A DNA stretch of 64,000 bases, from positions 1,116,001 through 1,180,000 of the forward strand of contig NEEC01000009.1 of the NCBI GenBank assembly GCA_002189035.1. Reading direction: 5' to 3'. The notes under the pieces are model-generated. The model had not been told where the DNA came from. It was given only the letters and a program-made list of their open reading frames with translations, and searched no databases. Shown one piece after another: positions 24,075 to 36,311 of the stretch. Numbering within the stretch: position 1 is the stretch's first letter; the number at the start of each line of letters is the position of its first letter. The DNA comes from Utricularia gibba. Its lineage: Eukaryota > Plantae > Magnoliophyta. The translations under genes and the position numbers were made by a program.

Positions 24075-24584
24075 TCATTCAGCGTAACCTTCCGCTAAGG
24101 TAGGCCGATCTCGACCGTCCGATTCCTCATCTTCATCACCATCGTTCGCCTCAGTTACCAGGTTGCCCCAAATTTCCACACCCTGCTGACCGTCGACGCA
24201 GGGTTCACCACCTCCCGGAAAATCAGGCACCCATATCGTATCCACCTTCGGCTCCACAACGCTGGCGCCTCCGACAGCTAGCTTATCCGTCGGCGCTTCA
24301 GTTATTCCGCCAGATTTTGCTGATTCACAGCCCTGAGAGGGACCGGCAACTCCTTCGGTTATTCCAACGAGTGCATCGGAGGATTCTTCGAATGGATCTT
24401 CCACGCATCGTCCTTGGTTTTCATCTCCCTCGCCGGCTGCCGAAACAGCTGATTTAACCGCGGCAGCCGCCTTGAGAAACGCCTCCAGAATGGCATCCGC
24501 CGGTAAAGCGCAGTCCTCGAGGCCTGCGTCCTCGAGCCTCGGCGGTCTGATTTGTCCGAGAAATGATTCTGCGGAATCCTCCAT
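24075..24584 (-). CDS. Uncharacterised conserved plant protein (169 aa), single exon
   Basis: ORF MEDSAESFLGQIRPPRLEDAGLEDCALPADAILEAFLKAA..., a recognisable plant family N-terminus, with an acidic C-terminus ending RPTLAEGYAE*. Confidence 0.88.
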   Translation of the reverse strand: MEDSAESFLGQIRPPRLEDAGLEDCALPADAILEAFLKAAAAVKSAVSAAGEGDENQGRCVEDPFEESSDALVGITEGVAGPSQGCESAKSGGITEAPTDKLAVGGASVVEPKVDTIWVPDFPGGGEPCVDGQQGVEIWGNLVTEANDGDEDEESDGRDRPTLAEGYAE

Positions 24585-24845
24585 TCTCTGTTTCCACGTT
24601 CACGAAATCGGCTCTTGGTACCTTTAACTTGACCAATATTGGGCTTTCATATCGAGCTATTGGGCCCAACTCCTAGCCCAATTGTATAGGGCTTGATGAT
24701 CCCATAGCCCATCGCAGACAGTATAAAACCTGCTATGACATTCGAGTCCCCTTGCCACCGTCGATCAAGGCTGGGGCATCGGTGGAGAAATGACGGAAAT
24801 CACTGCAAAAAAAGCACTCCATTTCCCCCGCTGTTTCGTGCTCAA

Positions 24846-25369
24846 ATGGGGAAAATTGTTCCTTCGTGGTTCTTAGGAACTTCTAATCGTGTAAATTGTA
24901 GGGCAAGGGAACGGGTTCCTTTGGCAATAGTAGAAACAAGATGCACCTCTGTGCGTTAGGTGTGGCTGCCGGAGCATGCACCTGCAGACGAGCCGCTGTA
25001 CCTCCTCCGCTTATCCGGAAAGCCTCATTAGAAAATGTAATTTATTTTGAAAACTGTTATGTTAGGATTTGCTATTGCACATCTGATTCATGTTCTCCGG
25101 AAACCCTAAGGCCATCCGCCGAAGGAAAACTGGAACAGGACGTTTGCGGCACCTTCTAATGTCCCTTGAAGTTTTAAGATCAATTTCAGAGAAGGTATGG
25201 ATGAGCTTTTTTGGATTATGGTGTGTTTCTCACGAATCGCTGATCATTGTTTTTTTTTGTTTTTCGGATCTAAATATCAGTTATTGTTCCCATTGTACTG
25301 ATAATTTATGCTGATTTGTTAGGTACACAAGCAGCACCTGGGAAGGACGCCGCAGCTGCTACTTTTTGA
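24846..25369 (+). pseudogene. RPL37: Unprocessed 60S ribosomal protein L37 pseudogene
   Basis: From 24902: GKGTGSFGNSRNKMH(fs)VRCGCRSMHLQTSRCTSSAYP. Then KAIRRRKTGTGRLRHL(fs)NVP*SFKINFREG and last exon GTQAAPGKDAAAATF* (25323-25369). Two frameshifts, an internal TGA, loss of a Zn-finger Cys, and degenerate exon-1 donor and exon-3 acceptor. TATAAAA at 24722. Confidence 0.9.
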
Positions 25370-25775
25370 AGGCCTTAGCTTAACCTATGATGAATTCTTC
25401 CTCGCGTTCAACCAGTTTTTGTGTTCTCCTGGTAGAGCTCTGTTGTTTTCCTGATCCTAACAGTGCACTGATCAACTCACGAGTGTTGTTCGATGCAAAT
25501 GAATGAAGAATCTTCAGTTCTAGTCCATTCCCCAACTACCCAAATGAACAATCTACCCCTGTAAGCAATTTAGCGCACCCACCACCATAGAAAAGGATGG
25601 AACCGGATTCGATTTGTTTGCATGATCATGGTTCAGAATTCTTAGCTTGATCTTGGTACCTGTTGATTTTGTACACATGTAATAGGGCTACAAATCAACC
25701 TGCTGGTCAGATGTTTGAATGATGCATCTGAAATGCCTTTTGTCTTACTCGAAATTCACAGATAGGTATCATGGA

Positions 25776-25997
25776 TCACGGACGCCTCGGCCGATGACTC
25801 CACTGGTATTCTCCACGGTGGTGCCTGCACCTGAAAGATCCAGGATGGCTGGTCGGAGAGCAAATACACACCCTTAAAACTCCTCCACGTCCTTCACCCG
25901 ACCGGCTGCCGATAACTACCGCTTCCCTCCTCCGCAGTGCCTCGCCTCTTGCTGTTGCCACGGCGCGGGTAAAGGGTTCACCAGCGGAGTAGCACAT
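25776..25997 (-). CDS. Small plant serine-rich-related protein with CxCSPTxHPGSFRCRxH motif (73 aa)
   Basis: MCYSAGEPF...VCICSPTSHPGSFRCRHHRGEYQW, the conserved signature of this uncharacterised family. Confidence 0.85.
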   Translation of the reverse strand: MCYSAGEPFTRAVATARGEALRRREAVVIGSRSGEGRGGVLRVCICSPTSHPGSFRCRHHRGEYQWSHRPRRP

Positions 25998-26685
25998 CTT
26001 TACGGTTGCTGTGTAGGGAGGTTTTTTCCTGGTTGCAACTCGAGTAAGAATCTTGGGATTATTTATTGATGAGGAAAGGCATGTGGGATATGCTTGCTTG
26101 GTGGCTGGTGCACAGAAAGTCGTCAACTTTCAGGATCAGAATTCTCACACACAGATTCTCGTACGTGTGTGTATGTGCTTTATCCCGCCCGCGAGAGGCT
26201 ATCTATCCCTTCCATGCGAAGCTTATCCATGGGGACATTCCATCTGAGACGTGGGGTTTCTGCGGTGATGCCATTCGTCTTGTGGTGGATGGGCTCTAGT
26301 TTTTGTTCTGGACGAAACGCCTCCAAAAAGTTTGTTGGGTAATATACCGTATTACCTTGTCGTTTCATGTTCAGCAAGATCCATAGTTAACTACCTAATT
26401 AATCACCATTTTAGCCTGTGATTAACCCCAGTTCAGTGTAATCTACAGGGATATCCAAAGGTTCAGTCTTTGAGGGAGAAAAGGCAGCTTAGTTTGGCCG
26501 GCCATTTCAAATCGGAGATCACCCTTCCTCCTGATTCCGATCTACAAGAAGAGCATATACACAGGTCCCTGACTGAGCGTAAATTTGATGGGAATAGAAC
26601 CCAATTCCTTCTTATTGGAAACCACCGGCTACAATCAAGAAACGAACACAGAGAACAAGCAAAGGTGAGGTGGAATACCAGTACC

Positions 26686-27480
26686 TTATGCTACCAGAGA
26701 AAGTCCAGAAACCACGATCACCACATACAGGCTGCAGTCTATGAAGACACCGCGGATCATTTGATACGCGACTAACACTAATTCAAAGGACTTCAGAGCA
26801 ATTCTTCCCCATTCCTCCTCCTGCTCATCCTCATCGCCCACCACCTTTGTTTCTACTTCAACCTCCCTTGTGGCCCTCATACATAAGAGTAGCGTTGAAA
26901 CCACCAGGGTGGCGTCTGTCAGCAACACTAAGCCAAGAGGGCTGTAAGTGATGAAGCTCTTAGGCTTTGAATCCACAAGATTAACATGACACAGAAGCAC
27001 GAGGTACGCCAGCATTACAGAGCAGATTGCGCGTGTGTTCTCTGTGGAATTTATGCTCAAAATTATCTGCTCAGGGGTTGCTAGCATGCTCAGTACTTTC
27101 TGTAGCCAAACTTTTCCGCCTCTTTGACCTTTGGATTTGCTAATTTCTAATTGATTCTTCTCAGGACCATTTCCCCTGTCAGCATGCGCATCTGCAAAAG
27201 AATGTGAAGAAATTTTCTGATTGGGAGAAGCCCTAATCACAGAGAGCGGATTTTGAGTTACCATTCATCTGATGATGTGCAATCAAGGATTGATCTTCAA
27301 CGACAAGGGGCTCCGATGAAGATCGAACGTGCTGCGGAGGGCACGAATCGGGTCGAGGGACGGTGAAGGAAGTGGATTTGGGAAGCGGATCTGCGTCTAG
27401 GGATCGGAGCCGACCCGTTATCAACGCCATGCGATCGTCCCCCGGGAAACTATCTTCTTCCTCCGATCCTCCTTCTCCAT
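26686..27480 (-). CDS. GET2: GET2/CAML-like ER receptor of the tail-anchored protein (GET) pathway, 2 exons; apparent 1-nt frameshift at 27439-27443
   Basis: With one G restored: MEKEDRRKKIVSRGDDRMALITGRL (basic N-terminal motif typical of plant G1IP/GET2). Intron GTAACT...TTTGCAG at about 27190-27260. Three hydrophobic C-terminal segments ending IRGVFIDCSLYVVIVVSGLSLVA*. Confidence 0.72.
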
Positions 27481-27695
27481 TGTGCTTCTTCCCCTGTTCT
27501 TCTTCCTCGTTATCCCATGCAAAACTCCCCTCCCCTGTCTTCTTGAAAAAGCAAATGAAAAAATATCTCAAAATAATATTTATAATATTTGGGAAATGTT
27601 TTATTTTTATTACTCATTTTTACTATTTCGTTCAAGAACTTTTAATTTTTTTGTGAGCCCAATTTGGTATCCCTTGAATAAAAGTGCAAATTAAA

Positions 27696-27708
27696 GATCT
27701 TTCTAGAA
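27696..27708. promoter_or_regulatory. Heat-shock-element-like site upstream of Hsp110
   Basis: GATctTTCtaGAA, two perfect and one imperfect nGAAn units, about 500 nt upstream of the Hsp110 ATG. A 5'UTR intron lies in between. Confidence 0.5.
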
Positions 27709-28196
27709 CACTCGCCGTTACAATTCAGTTATCTTGGAGGCTTGAGAGCAGTTGAACTTATGTTGCCTCTATACCCGCGTTCTTTTCCATCGAAGTCGAA
27801 CAAGCTTTTTTTACGGACCCTTGCAACCAGTGTCGCCGATGCTCTGCTTTGCTCTGCACCGCATTGGTGACCTCGAGTCTCCTTCTTGTCGCGCTAACGA
27901 TCGGCAGTAAGGTACTGGACTCGCGTTGAGTTTGTGATGATAGTGGCTATTTTGGAGTTTCTCCAGATACAAGGTTTATTTGATTTCCTTTTCCGGTTTC
28001 AAGTATTTTATGAAGGATCGTTGCTTCCTCGTGTTTTTTTTTTTTTTTTTTTTTTTTTTTGCGTTGTTCGCTTTGATGAGAGTGTTTTGCAGGATTCGGA
28101 CGATGCATTTTGTTCACGTCTAATGTACGCTGCATTGAGTTGGTTTAAATGCAGGTTTGTTGCCACAATAATATCACTTGAACGTAGTGTGGCAAC

Positions 28197-31100
28197 ATGA
28201 GCGTTGTTGGTTTTGATTTTGGAAATGAAAGCTGTGTAGTTGCTGTTGCTAGACAACGAGGTATTGACGTTGTGCTTAACGATGAGTCGAAGCGAGAAAC
28301 TCCGGCAGTTGTGTCCTTTGGTGACAAGCAACGATTTCTGGGGACAGCTGGGGCGGCATCCATTATGAAGAACCCAAGAAATTCTGTCTCTCAAATAAAA
28401 AGGTTGATCGGACGAAAGTTCACGGATCCTGAGTTGCAGTCCGACCTCAAGTCTCTGCCCTTCGAGGTTTCGGAAGGACCTGATGGTTTTCCTCTTGTAC
28501 ACGCTCATTACTTGGGAGAAAACAGGGCATTCACGCCTACACAGGTTCTTGGAATGTTGTTTTCCAATTTGAAGAGTATTGCTGAAAAGAATCTGAATGC
28601 TGCAGTTCAGGACTGCTGCATTGGTATACCCGTTTACTTCACAGACCTGCAGAGAAGGGCTGTTATTGATGCAGCAGAAATTGCTGGATTACACACTCTT
28701 CAACTTATTCATGAGACCACCGCAACTGCTTTAGCTTATGGTATCCATAAGACTGCCTTACCCGAAAATTATCCCTTGAATGTTGCTTTTGTCGATGTTG
28801 GACATGCAAGCATGCAAGTTTGTATTGCCGCGTTTAAGAAAGGTCAGCTGAAGATATTGGCTCATTCATTTGATCGTTCTCTTGGTGGAAGAGATTTTGA
28901 TGATGCTCTTTTCCACCACTTTGCATCAAAATTCAAGGATGAGTACAAGATTGACGTGCATCAGGATGCCAGGGCATCCCTAAGGCTTCGTGCTGGCTGT
29001 GAAAAATTGAAAAAGGTTTTAAGCGCAAATCCAGAGGCCCCTTTGAACATCGAGTGTTTGATGGATGACAAGGATGTCAAGGGATTTATCAAGAGAGATG
29101 AATTCGAGCAAATCAGCATTCCCATTCTAGAACGTGTAAGGAAGCCTTTAGAGAGGGCACTTGCAGATGCTGGACTCACTGTAGATTGCATCCACTCTGT
29201 CGAGGTTGTTGGCTCTGGATCTCGAGTTCCTGCTCTTATTAGGATTTTAAGTGAGTTCTTTGGCAAGGAGCCTCGGCGTACAATGAACGCCAGTGAATGT
29301 GTGGCCAAGGGCTGTGCCCTACAATGTGCTATCCTTACTCCAACATATAAAGCGCGCGAGTTCCAGGTAATCAATAGTTGTGGGAAGCCATTTCTTCACT
29401 CGAGAAATTGAATTTGAGAACCATTAGGGAAGCTTGCCTTTTGAAATTATTTCCTGTTTGCTTTTATGTAGGTTCACGAAAACTTTCCAACCAATATTGC
29501 TTTGTCCTGGATCACTGTTTCCTATGATGGGACAAATAGAACTTGCGATTATCACCAGAGATCTATCGTATTTCGAAAGGGCAATCCTATTCCAAGTGTG
29601 AAGGTATGGACATTCTACAGATCTGGCACTTTTACAGTGGATTTGCTCTATGCTGATAGCGACGACGGGCAAGCGCCAAAGATTAGTTCGTACACGGTAC
29701 ATTTTGGAAATTTGTGTGTTTAAGTTAGAGGGAGTCGTGTAGCACTCACATTATTACTTTTTTGCCATGGCATGTGCAGATCGGGCCTTTTCAAGCCACA
29801 TTGAGTGACAGGGCAAGATTGAAAGCCCGACTGCGCTTGAATTTGCATGGGATTGTGTCAGTGGAATCAGCGTTTGTGAGTTAACTCGAATCAGAACTAC
29901 ACATGGGTTATGGTCTAACCTGTCGTTTGAAATATGATTGCCGATTTTATCTTCATTCAGCTGTTAGAAGAAGAAATAGATGTTCCAGTTGCTACGGAAT
30001 CTGAAAATGAGTCCAAGATGGAGACTGATGTAGCTGCTGCTGCCTCAGCACCCCAAAGCACTACTACAACCGATGAGATTATGCAGGACTCAAAAATTAG
30101 CGGAACTGGAGCTGAAAATGGCGTATTAGAGTCTGAGCAAAAGCCTGTAATGATGGAAACAGAGTCAAAGGTCATACCTTGATGCCTTTTTGGATATTTT
30201 TTTGTTCTTCCACCTCAAGATAGTGGCCGATGTCTGAGTTGACTTGGTTGTGAATCCTTCAGCCTGAGGCTCCGAAGAGGAAGATAAAGAAAACAAATAT
30301 CCCAGTGTCGGAGTTTGTATATGGAGCCCTTGCGCGTATTGATCTAGGGAAGGCTGTGGAAAAGGAATACGAGATGGCTCTGCAGGATCGTGTAATGGAA
30401 GAAACCAAAAACCAGAGGAATGCTGTCGAGGCTTACATTTATAGCATTAACAGCAAGGTATGCACGCTTTTTGCTACTCTCGAAATACGTGTTCACTCCT
30501 ACTATATAAGCGGTCCTTCACTTTAATCTTCTGCAGCTTCATGACGAATACCTGGAGTTCGTGACTGATTCCGAGAGAGAGCAGTTCATTTCTAAACTCC
30601 AGGAGGTTGAAGAGTGGCTGTATGAGGATGGAGAGTGTGAAACGAAGGGGGTCTACATTGCAAAGCTGGAGGAGCTGAAGAAGGTTATCATTTGAATGGC
30701 TGTTCTTCTTATCTACTTCGAGATGGATTCCCACTTGTGGTTCGCCTTCCTGCAGGTGGGAGATCCTATAGAGGAGCGGTACAAGGAACACACCGAGAGG
30801 GGGCCTGCTATTGATCAACTGAATTACTGCATTGATAGTTACAGGGAAGCAGCATCGTCAAATGATCCTCAATTTGATCACATTGAAATGGCAGAAAAGG
30901 AGAAGGTGAGAGTGCATTCCCATTCTGAACCGTCAGTCGTTAATCTTACAACCCCTATTTACTGCATTCATCTCCTTGTGAAGGTTCTGAATAGTTGTGG
31001 GAAGCCGAGGCTTGGCTAAGAGAGAAGCTTCAGCAACAGAATGCACTTCCAAAGCATGCACCTCCTGTTCTGCTATCTGCCTCTGTGAGAAAGAAGGCCG

Positions 31101-31420
31101 AGGCATTGGACAAGTAACGATTTTCGAAAGACTTGGTTCACCTTGTATCGCTTCTTCCGACATTTCCTTTCCTCTGCATTAACATGTTTGTGGTGACCAG
31201 GTCATGCCGGCCGACAATGACGAAACCGAAACCTTCCAAGCCCCCATCACCTCCGCCGGCCACCGCGCAAGGCGGAGAGACGCAACCTGATGCAGCAAGC
31301 GGCAACAATCCCGCACCCGATGAGAAGTTGAATCAAGAGAGCGCTGGGGTTCCCGCCGCGGAAGCTCCCGAGGCAATGGAGACTGAGAAACCAGATGCTG
31401 CTTCGTCACAATCCACGTAA
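28197..31420 (+). CDS. HSP70-14/15: Hsp110-class heat shock protein (HSP70-14/15-like), multi-exon; apparent 1-nt frameshift at 30999-31001
   Basis: MSVVGFDFGNESCVVAVARQRGIDVVLNDESKRETP, LGGRDFD and EKLKKVLSANPEAPLNIECLMD. Later exons include ALQDRVMEETKNQRNAVEAY, EEWLYEDGE and, after restoring one G, EAEAWLREKLQQQ. C-terminus AMETEKPDAASSQST*. Confidence 0.95.
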
Positions 31421-31960
31421 TGCTGCTTGGTTGAGCTATCCATCATCACCTTTTTGCTCTCGCCTGTCTTTGTCAGCAAGCTGCCCGCCATGTTTGCTGC
31501 GGATCGTCTGATTGTTTTGAACTCCTCGGCTCCCGGCAAGCCCATGTTCATCACGGGTTTTCTTTGGTCATTTAGAAAAAAAAAAAAAAGCAATTTTGGA
31601 ACCACTGTGTGCTTGAAGCCCGAACGGTGGAGGTTGGGGGCTCGCTCCCTTGACCCTTCCCAGTGCCCAGCCCAATGCATATTATGAAAATTGAACTGAA
31701 ATTATGGGGCAGCGGGTCGGATCGTAGGCAACCCGAGCGGTCCGGGTATGTGCGAGAATGTTCAGTTGGCGGTTGTCCGAGTGTAGTGAGTAAAACCCTT
31801 GGACCGGAGTGTAGGTTGGAGATTGGATTTCAAACACCTCCTCCGCCTGCCCACAGATTTTCTCCCTGGATCTCGAATCTCCGAGGCATCCACTTGATTG
31901 TTCTGTGAGCGGAGAATCGAAGGGGCTACCTGAGATCAAATCGAACATTGGATCGGAATC

Positions 31961-33123
31961 ATGTGGAGAAGGCTTGCGTTCCAGCTTCGGGCTGTCTCTT
32001 TGACTCGATCCGCGCCGGTATCGACTCGCTGCGTTTCAACATTTGCACCTGCTCCGATGAGCGTTGCGCCCTCGTACAGTATCTTTTCCCGCTTTATCGC
32101 CACTGAAACAGGTGTTTATTTCATCCCATTTCTTTTATTTCTGTGGGTGGGCTTGGACTTTGTATTGCTCAAAGACCGTGGAGTTGTTTTGATCATTTCT
32201 TTTAATTTTCAGTAGGGGATGTAGCTCCTAAAAGGGTTGAGGACATCAATCCGATTGCCACTGGCCATGAGCGCGAAGAATTGGAAGCTGAACTTCAGGT
32301 GTGTGGTCTGCTTTATCCGTTTCACTGCTCTACAATTTCCTGTTCCTTGTTTCCTTTCTTAGTGTTGTCGTTGGATTTCTCTATTTAGGGAAGAGACATT
32401 TTGGAGATCAACCACCCCGTGGGTCCATTTGGAACTAAGGTTAGTAACACATTTTGCAAATTCAGTACCTGCCCCTTCATACTTCATGTGACTCTATCTT
32501 GATCCTGTACTTTGGCTGTAAAAGAAGTGTAGTATATCTTTTAAATCTAAGAAAACTAGATCCTTGTATATTGAATAGGTCGGCAGGAACCAACACTTTC
32601 ATTGTTATGTAAGACCTTCCTTGGCTGCAGGAAGAACCAGCTGTGGTTAAATCTTATTATGATAAAAGAATTGTTGGTTGCCCTGGAGGTGAAGGAGGTA
32701 CATCTCCAATTTCATATCAGAGTCGTGCATTTTAGTGTTTTCATTCTTATGTTGTAATGAAATCAATGTTCAACTCACGTCACAGAGGATGAGCACGACG
32801 TTGTATGGTTCTGGCTAGAGAAGGGCAAGCCTCATGAATGCCCTGTATGCTCTCAGTACTTTGTGGTAAGTGGGGACATAAGTTTGATGTTCGTTTCCAA
32901 GGTTTAATGGCACAAGTACATAATCATTATGGCATTTTCACACCTGATTAATTGGCTGAGTACTTAATTTTTTGAGCGTGAGATTCTTGGCATGTCCAAT
33001 TGGGAAGATGAGCATCCTTCCTGAAACTTTACTGTGTTGTCTATTCTACAGTTGGACGTTGTTGGACCCGGTGGACCACCTGACGGACATGGTGATGAGG
33101 GCGAGGACCATCATCACCACTGA
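31961..33123 (+). CDS. COX5B: Cytochrome c oxidase subunit 5b, 6 exons
   Basis: MWRRLAFQLR presequence; PIATGHEREELEAELQ / GRDILEINHPVGPFGTK / EEPAVVKSYYDKRIVGCPGGEG / EDEHDVVWFWLEKGKPHECPVCSQYF; ends GHGDEGEDHHHH*. Confidence 0.96.
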
Positions 33124-33675
33124 GAAAAAGTTGGCATTTCTCTCCCAGAATAAGATCTGGTGACAGACCTGTCTCCTTTGCGATGTTCTTTCGAGGCTGC
33201 AAATGCTTTGCACGCATTTTCTTTTATTCTGTGGTTTTGGAGGATCCATTGTGTTGGTATGATCCTGTTCGTGTTTAGCATTTAAACGGGACACTGTCAT
33301 CCATCTTGCTTGACACATTGATTTGACCCTGTGAAATTGGAGTACACAATAAGTGAAACGGGACACTTCTTTTTGTGCATGTGATGGAAGAGCGAACATG
33401 TTTCATTTCCAGTGTTTTTTCCATAAGTATTTACATACACTGAAGTAGTTTCGAATTTTGGTTGTCCAAATTGCCTGCATCATTCACAGAAACCCATTCA
33501 AAAAGAAGGCAATTTGATTCATTCATGGTTGAGGTCTGCAATTACATGTACATACACTTGTTCTATGAGGGGGAACTGATCAAGTGCGGGTAAAGTACAA
33601 ACCCAAAACCATGCGCAACAACACATTCCAGGGCAAGTTTCAATGATGTGATACCAATTCGCACCTGTGGTCGAA

Positions 33676-36311
33676 CTAAATCACGCGTCTACTTCCTCCG
33701 CTGCTGCTCGTCCGAGGGAAGCTTCGCTGCTGTGCTTGCGATGGAGAACGGGGGTAGAATTCGATGTGCTTGTCCTTGAAAGAAGCGCTGCTTCTAAAAG
33801 AAGGGCTTCTTCCCGAAGCAGTTTTAACTGTTTCATTAGAACGTAAACACAAATGGGCAAGAGATCAGCAAGTTTACATCAGTTCGGAAGTCCATGTAAC
33901 GGAAAAGCGAGAGAAGACAAGTTTAGTACCTGAATTTCATTCTCTCTCAAACGATCTTGAAGAGAAGACATTGCGGGAGTCAAGCTGCAAAAGCGAGAGC
34001 TTCATTATATGTTATGCAGAATGATCGGGACACGATTTATTTCTGCATTCTTCATACCAATATTCTATCATTTTGCACAATGAAGCCTTGTACGTGGATG
34101 CATGATGAATGAAGGAAAGTGGGTGAACACTCCCATTCCTGCGGTAAATAGAATCAATGAAAAGAAACAAAGAAGTGCAAGGCTGTGGCAAAAAGTTCAC
34201 TCACTTTGTGTTTTGCGCAATTGCTTGGTTATAAGCTGTCTTCTCCTCTTCGTACAGAACTCGCTGAAGATCCTTGAAAGATGACAGAGGAGAGTCCAGA
34301 TTGACAAGAGATGATGCAGGGACAACATGAAGAGGAATTTCTTTTCCGATGAATTCAGCCCCACTGGCATAGAAAACAAATCCCCTTGAGAATACAGGCA
34401 GAAAAAGCATGGGTGGATGGAAAACGCCTACTCCATTTGATTTCTATTACGAGAATAATTTTTTCAACATCTGGGAATCACAAATGTTTTTGTTTACAGT
34501 GAAAAGTAGATCCATCTTTGGAGGCAAAAAATGCAGTGTAGAGTACATACTCGTGTTACCTCATCTCCAAGTTGGATAGATGCATTGCTTCTTGCATACC
34601 ATCTGACAGATCCATGGGATCCAGATCTTGAACAGCATTACTTGGCGATTGACTAACCAAAGTATCTCCAGGGATGACATCAACATTTGTTAAAAGGCCT
34701 CCCAGACGTGGTGATTTCTTGACTGCCTGCCCAAACAATTAAGCAAATAAAAAATGTTTAAAAAGATAAAGACCCAAGCAGACCGAATAATTCCTGATAA
34801 ACAGGTGTATCAGGATGTACTTGAGATTGACTAAATAAATACCGTAGTACTCTAATGATGCGCTTATGCAACCCAACAAAAGGCAAGAACAAAGTGACTG
34901 AAAAAGGTAATCGAGATCCCTTGAACCTTGGAAGTTGAGTTCCCAGTGTCCTGATCCATATCTTCTCCTGCACCAGCGGTATACATACTGTTTTCTGAAG
35001 AACTTAGAGAAGACTCGGGAACAGCCACTGAACTTTTTTGAACAGGGGAAAGAACGACAGTCTTCAACATATGACTTTGTTTCCTGTCTAAAGACTGAAA
35101 TGCGCAAACTTGGATCCTACCAACCTGTAACAATTTAAATAGACTTCGGTGTGAGTGCATGATGAAGGCCAATCAATGATAGGAATTATCATCCCAGCCA
35201 TGACCTTTTGGGCATCTTCACTGAAGCACGAAAAAATCAATCCAATAAATCCAGAATCCATTAGCTGATACATTGCTTGGGTTCTCACATCTGTAGGCAA
35301 TTGAACCATGTTATCGGTTTTCAAATATAACATGAATTTAAGTAAATTCCCATTAAACAATGATTCAAATTTAAGAAAAAAAAAGAAAAAACTCACCAAC
35401 ATGGGAGGGGAGGACTGTAATATGAGGGTGTGAATGATACCAACCAATAACTCTTGTGGTGCTCCCCGTAGCAATAGTCATTCTGTGCTAGAGCAGTTAA
35501 TTGACCAAATAATGAACATTTGGATAGAAGACATAAGTCACCCAGAACAGAACAAACCACAGCTGAACTGCAGCCCACTTTTTTGCATCGGTCTCATACA
35601 ATGAAAACAGCCCAAGCAAGACAACAACATTTTGGTTGCTACACATCTAATCCCTCATCAACGACAGAGAATGAACAGAAACGCAGACCAAAGACAAGCC
35701 AAGAAATCATTGTTGAAATACCACATTATAATAAAAAAATTTAATCGACACGGCTTTAGCTCAAAATAATAATCCAACAAAAGGATATCTCGGCATGGAG
35801 TGAAGCTGCTGTCAACTGCTCAGGATTGGTCTCTACTCTATCCTTCTGTCTATCAGAGCGAGGCTGCGGAAGAGCTCCCCATATCAATGCTGTTACACCA
35901 GTATTTTTTGAATGCTGAAAAGGATGAAAAATAAGGCGTTTCTCCAGCTGTGGAAACTCGTGATCAAGCATAGAAACACGCAGCAGTTAAGTTTGACAAA
36001 GTCTCCGAATGCTGAGTTACAGAAAATAAATTAAATCATCTAAAAATGAAACTTCTCTTTAACTCGGATGAGTTGGAAGCTAATATTTTGCCATGCTTCA
36101 CAGATGAAGGGAAATGCAGCAACAAAAAACAAGTATCAATTTCACGAGAACGCCCAGCAAGAATATATGCTTTCATAGCTAAATCCAAAACACAACTAAC
36201 CTGAATGTCCCCAAGAAGAAGACCCATTATCTCCTCAGTCTCAGTAGATAATGAATGAGTCAGACACGTCAACCATACTTCCTCCGATATCTTGACGCTC
36301 GTTAAGGACAT
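33676..36311 (-). CDS. BRCC36: Lys63-specific deubiquitinase BRCC36 (JAMM/MPN+), multi-exon with one AT-AC intron; exact stop uncertain (33676 or 33681)
   Basis: MSLTSVKISEEVWLTCLTHSLSTETEEIMGLLLGDIQ. JAMM motif VIGWYHSHPHITVLPSHVD. VRTQAMYQLMDSGFIGLIFSCFSED and VGRIQVCAFQS. Confidence 0.95.
35485..35788 (-). other. U12-type AT-AC intron in BRCC36
   Basis: Donor GAG|ATATCCTTTT at 35788 and acceptor CTAGCAC|AGAATG at 35485. Splicing restores LHAE-RMTIATGSTTRVIGWYHSH. Confidence 0.9.

Noticed and set aside
25387-25454. ATGATGA...CTGA box C/D-like pair after the RPL37 pseudogene
   Set aside because: No terminal stem and no rRNA-complementary guide that I could recognise. It is probably the relic 3'UTR.
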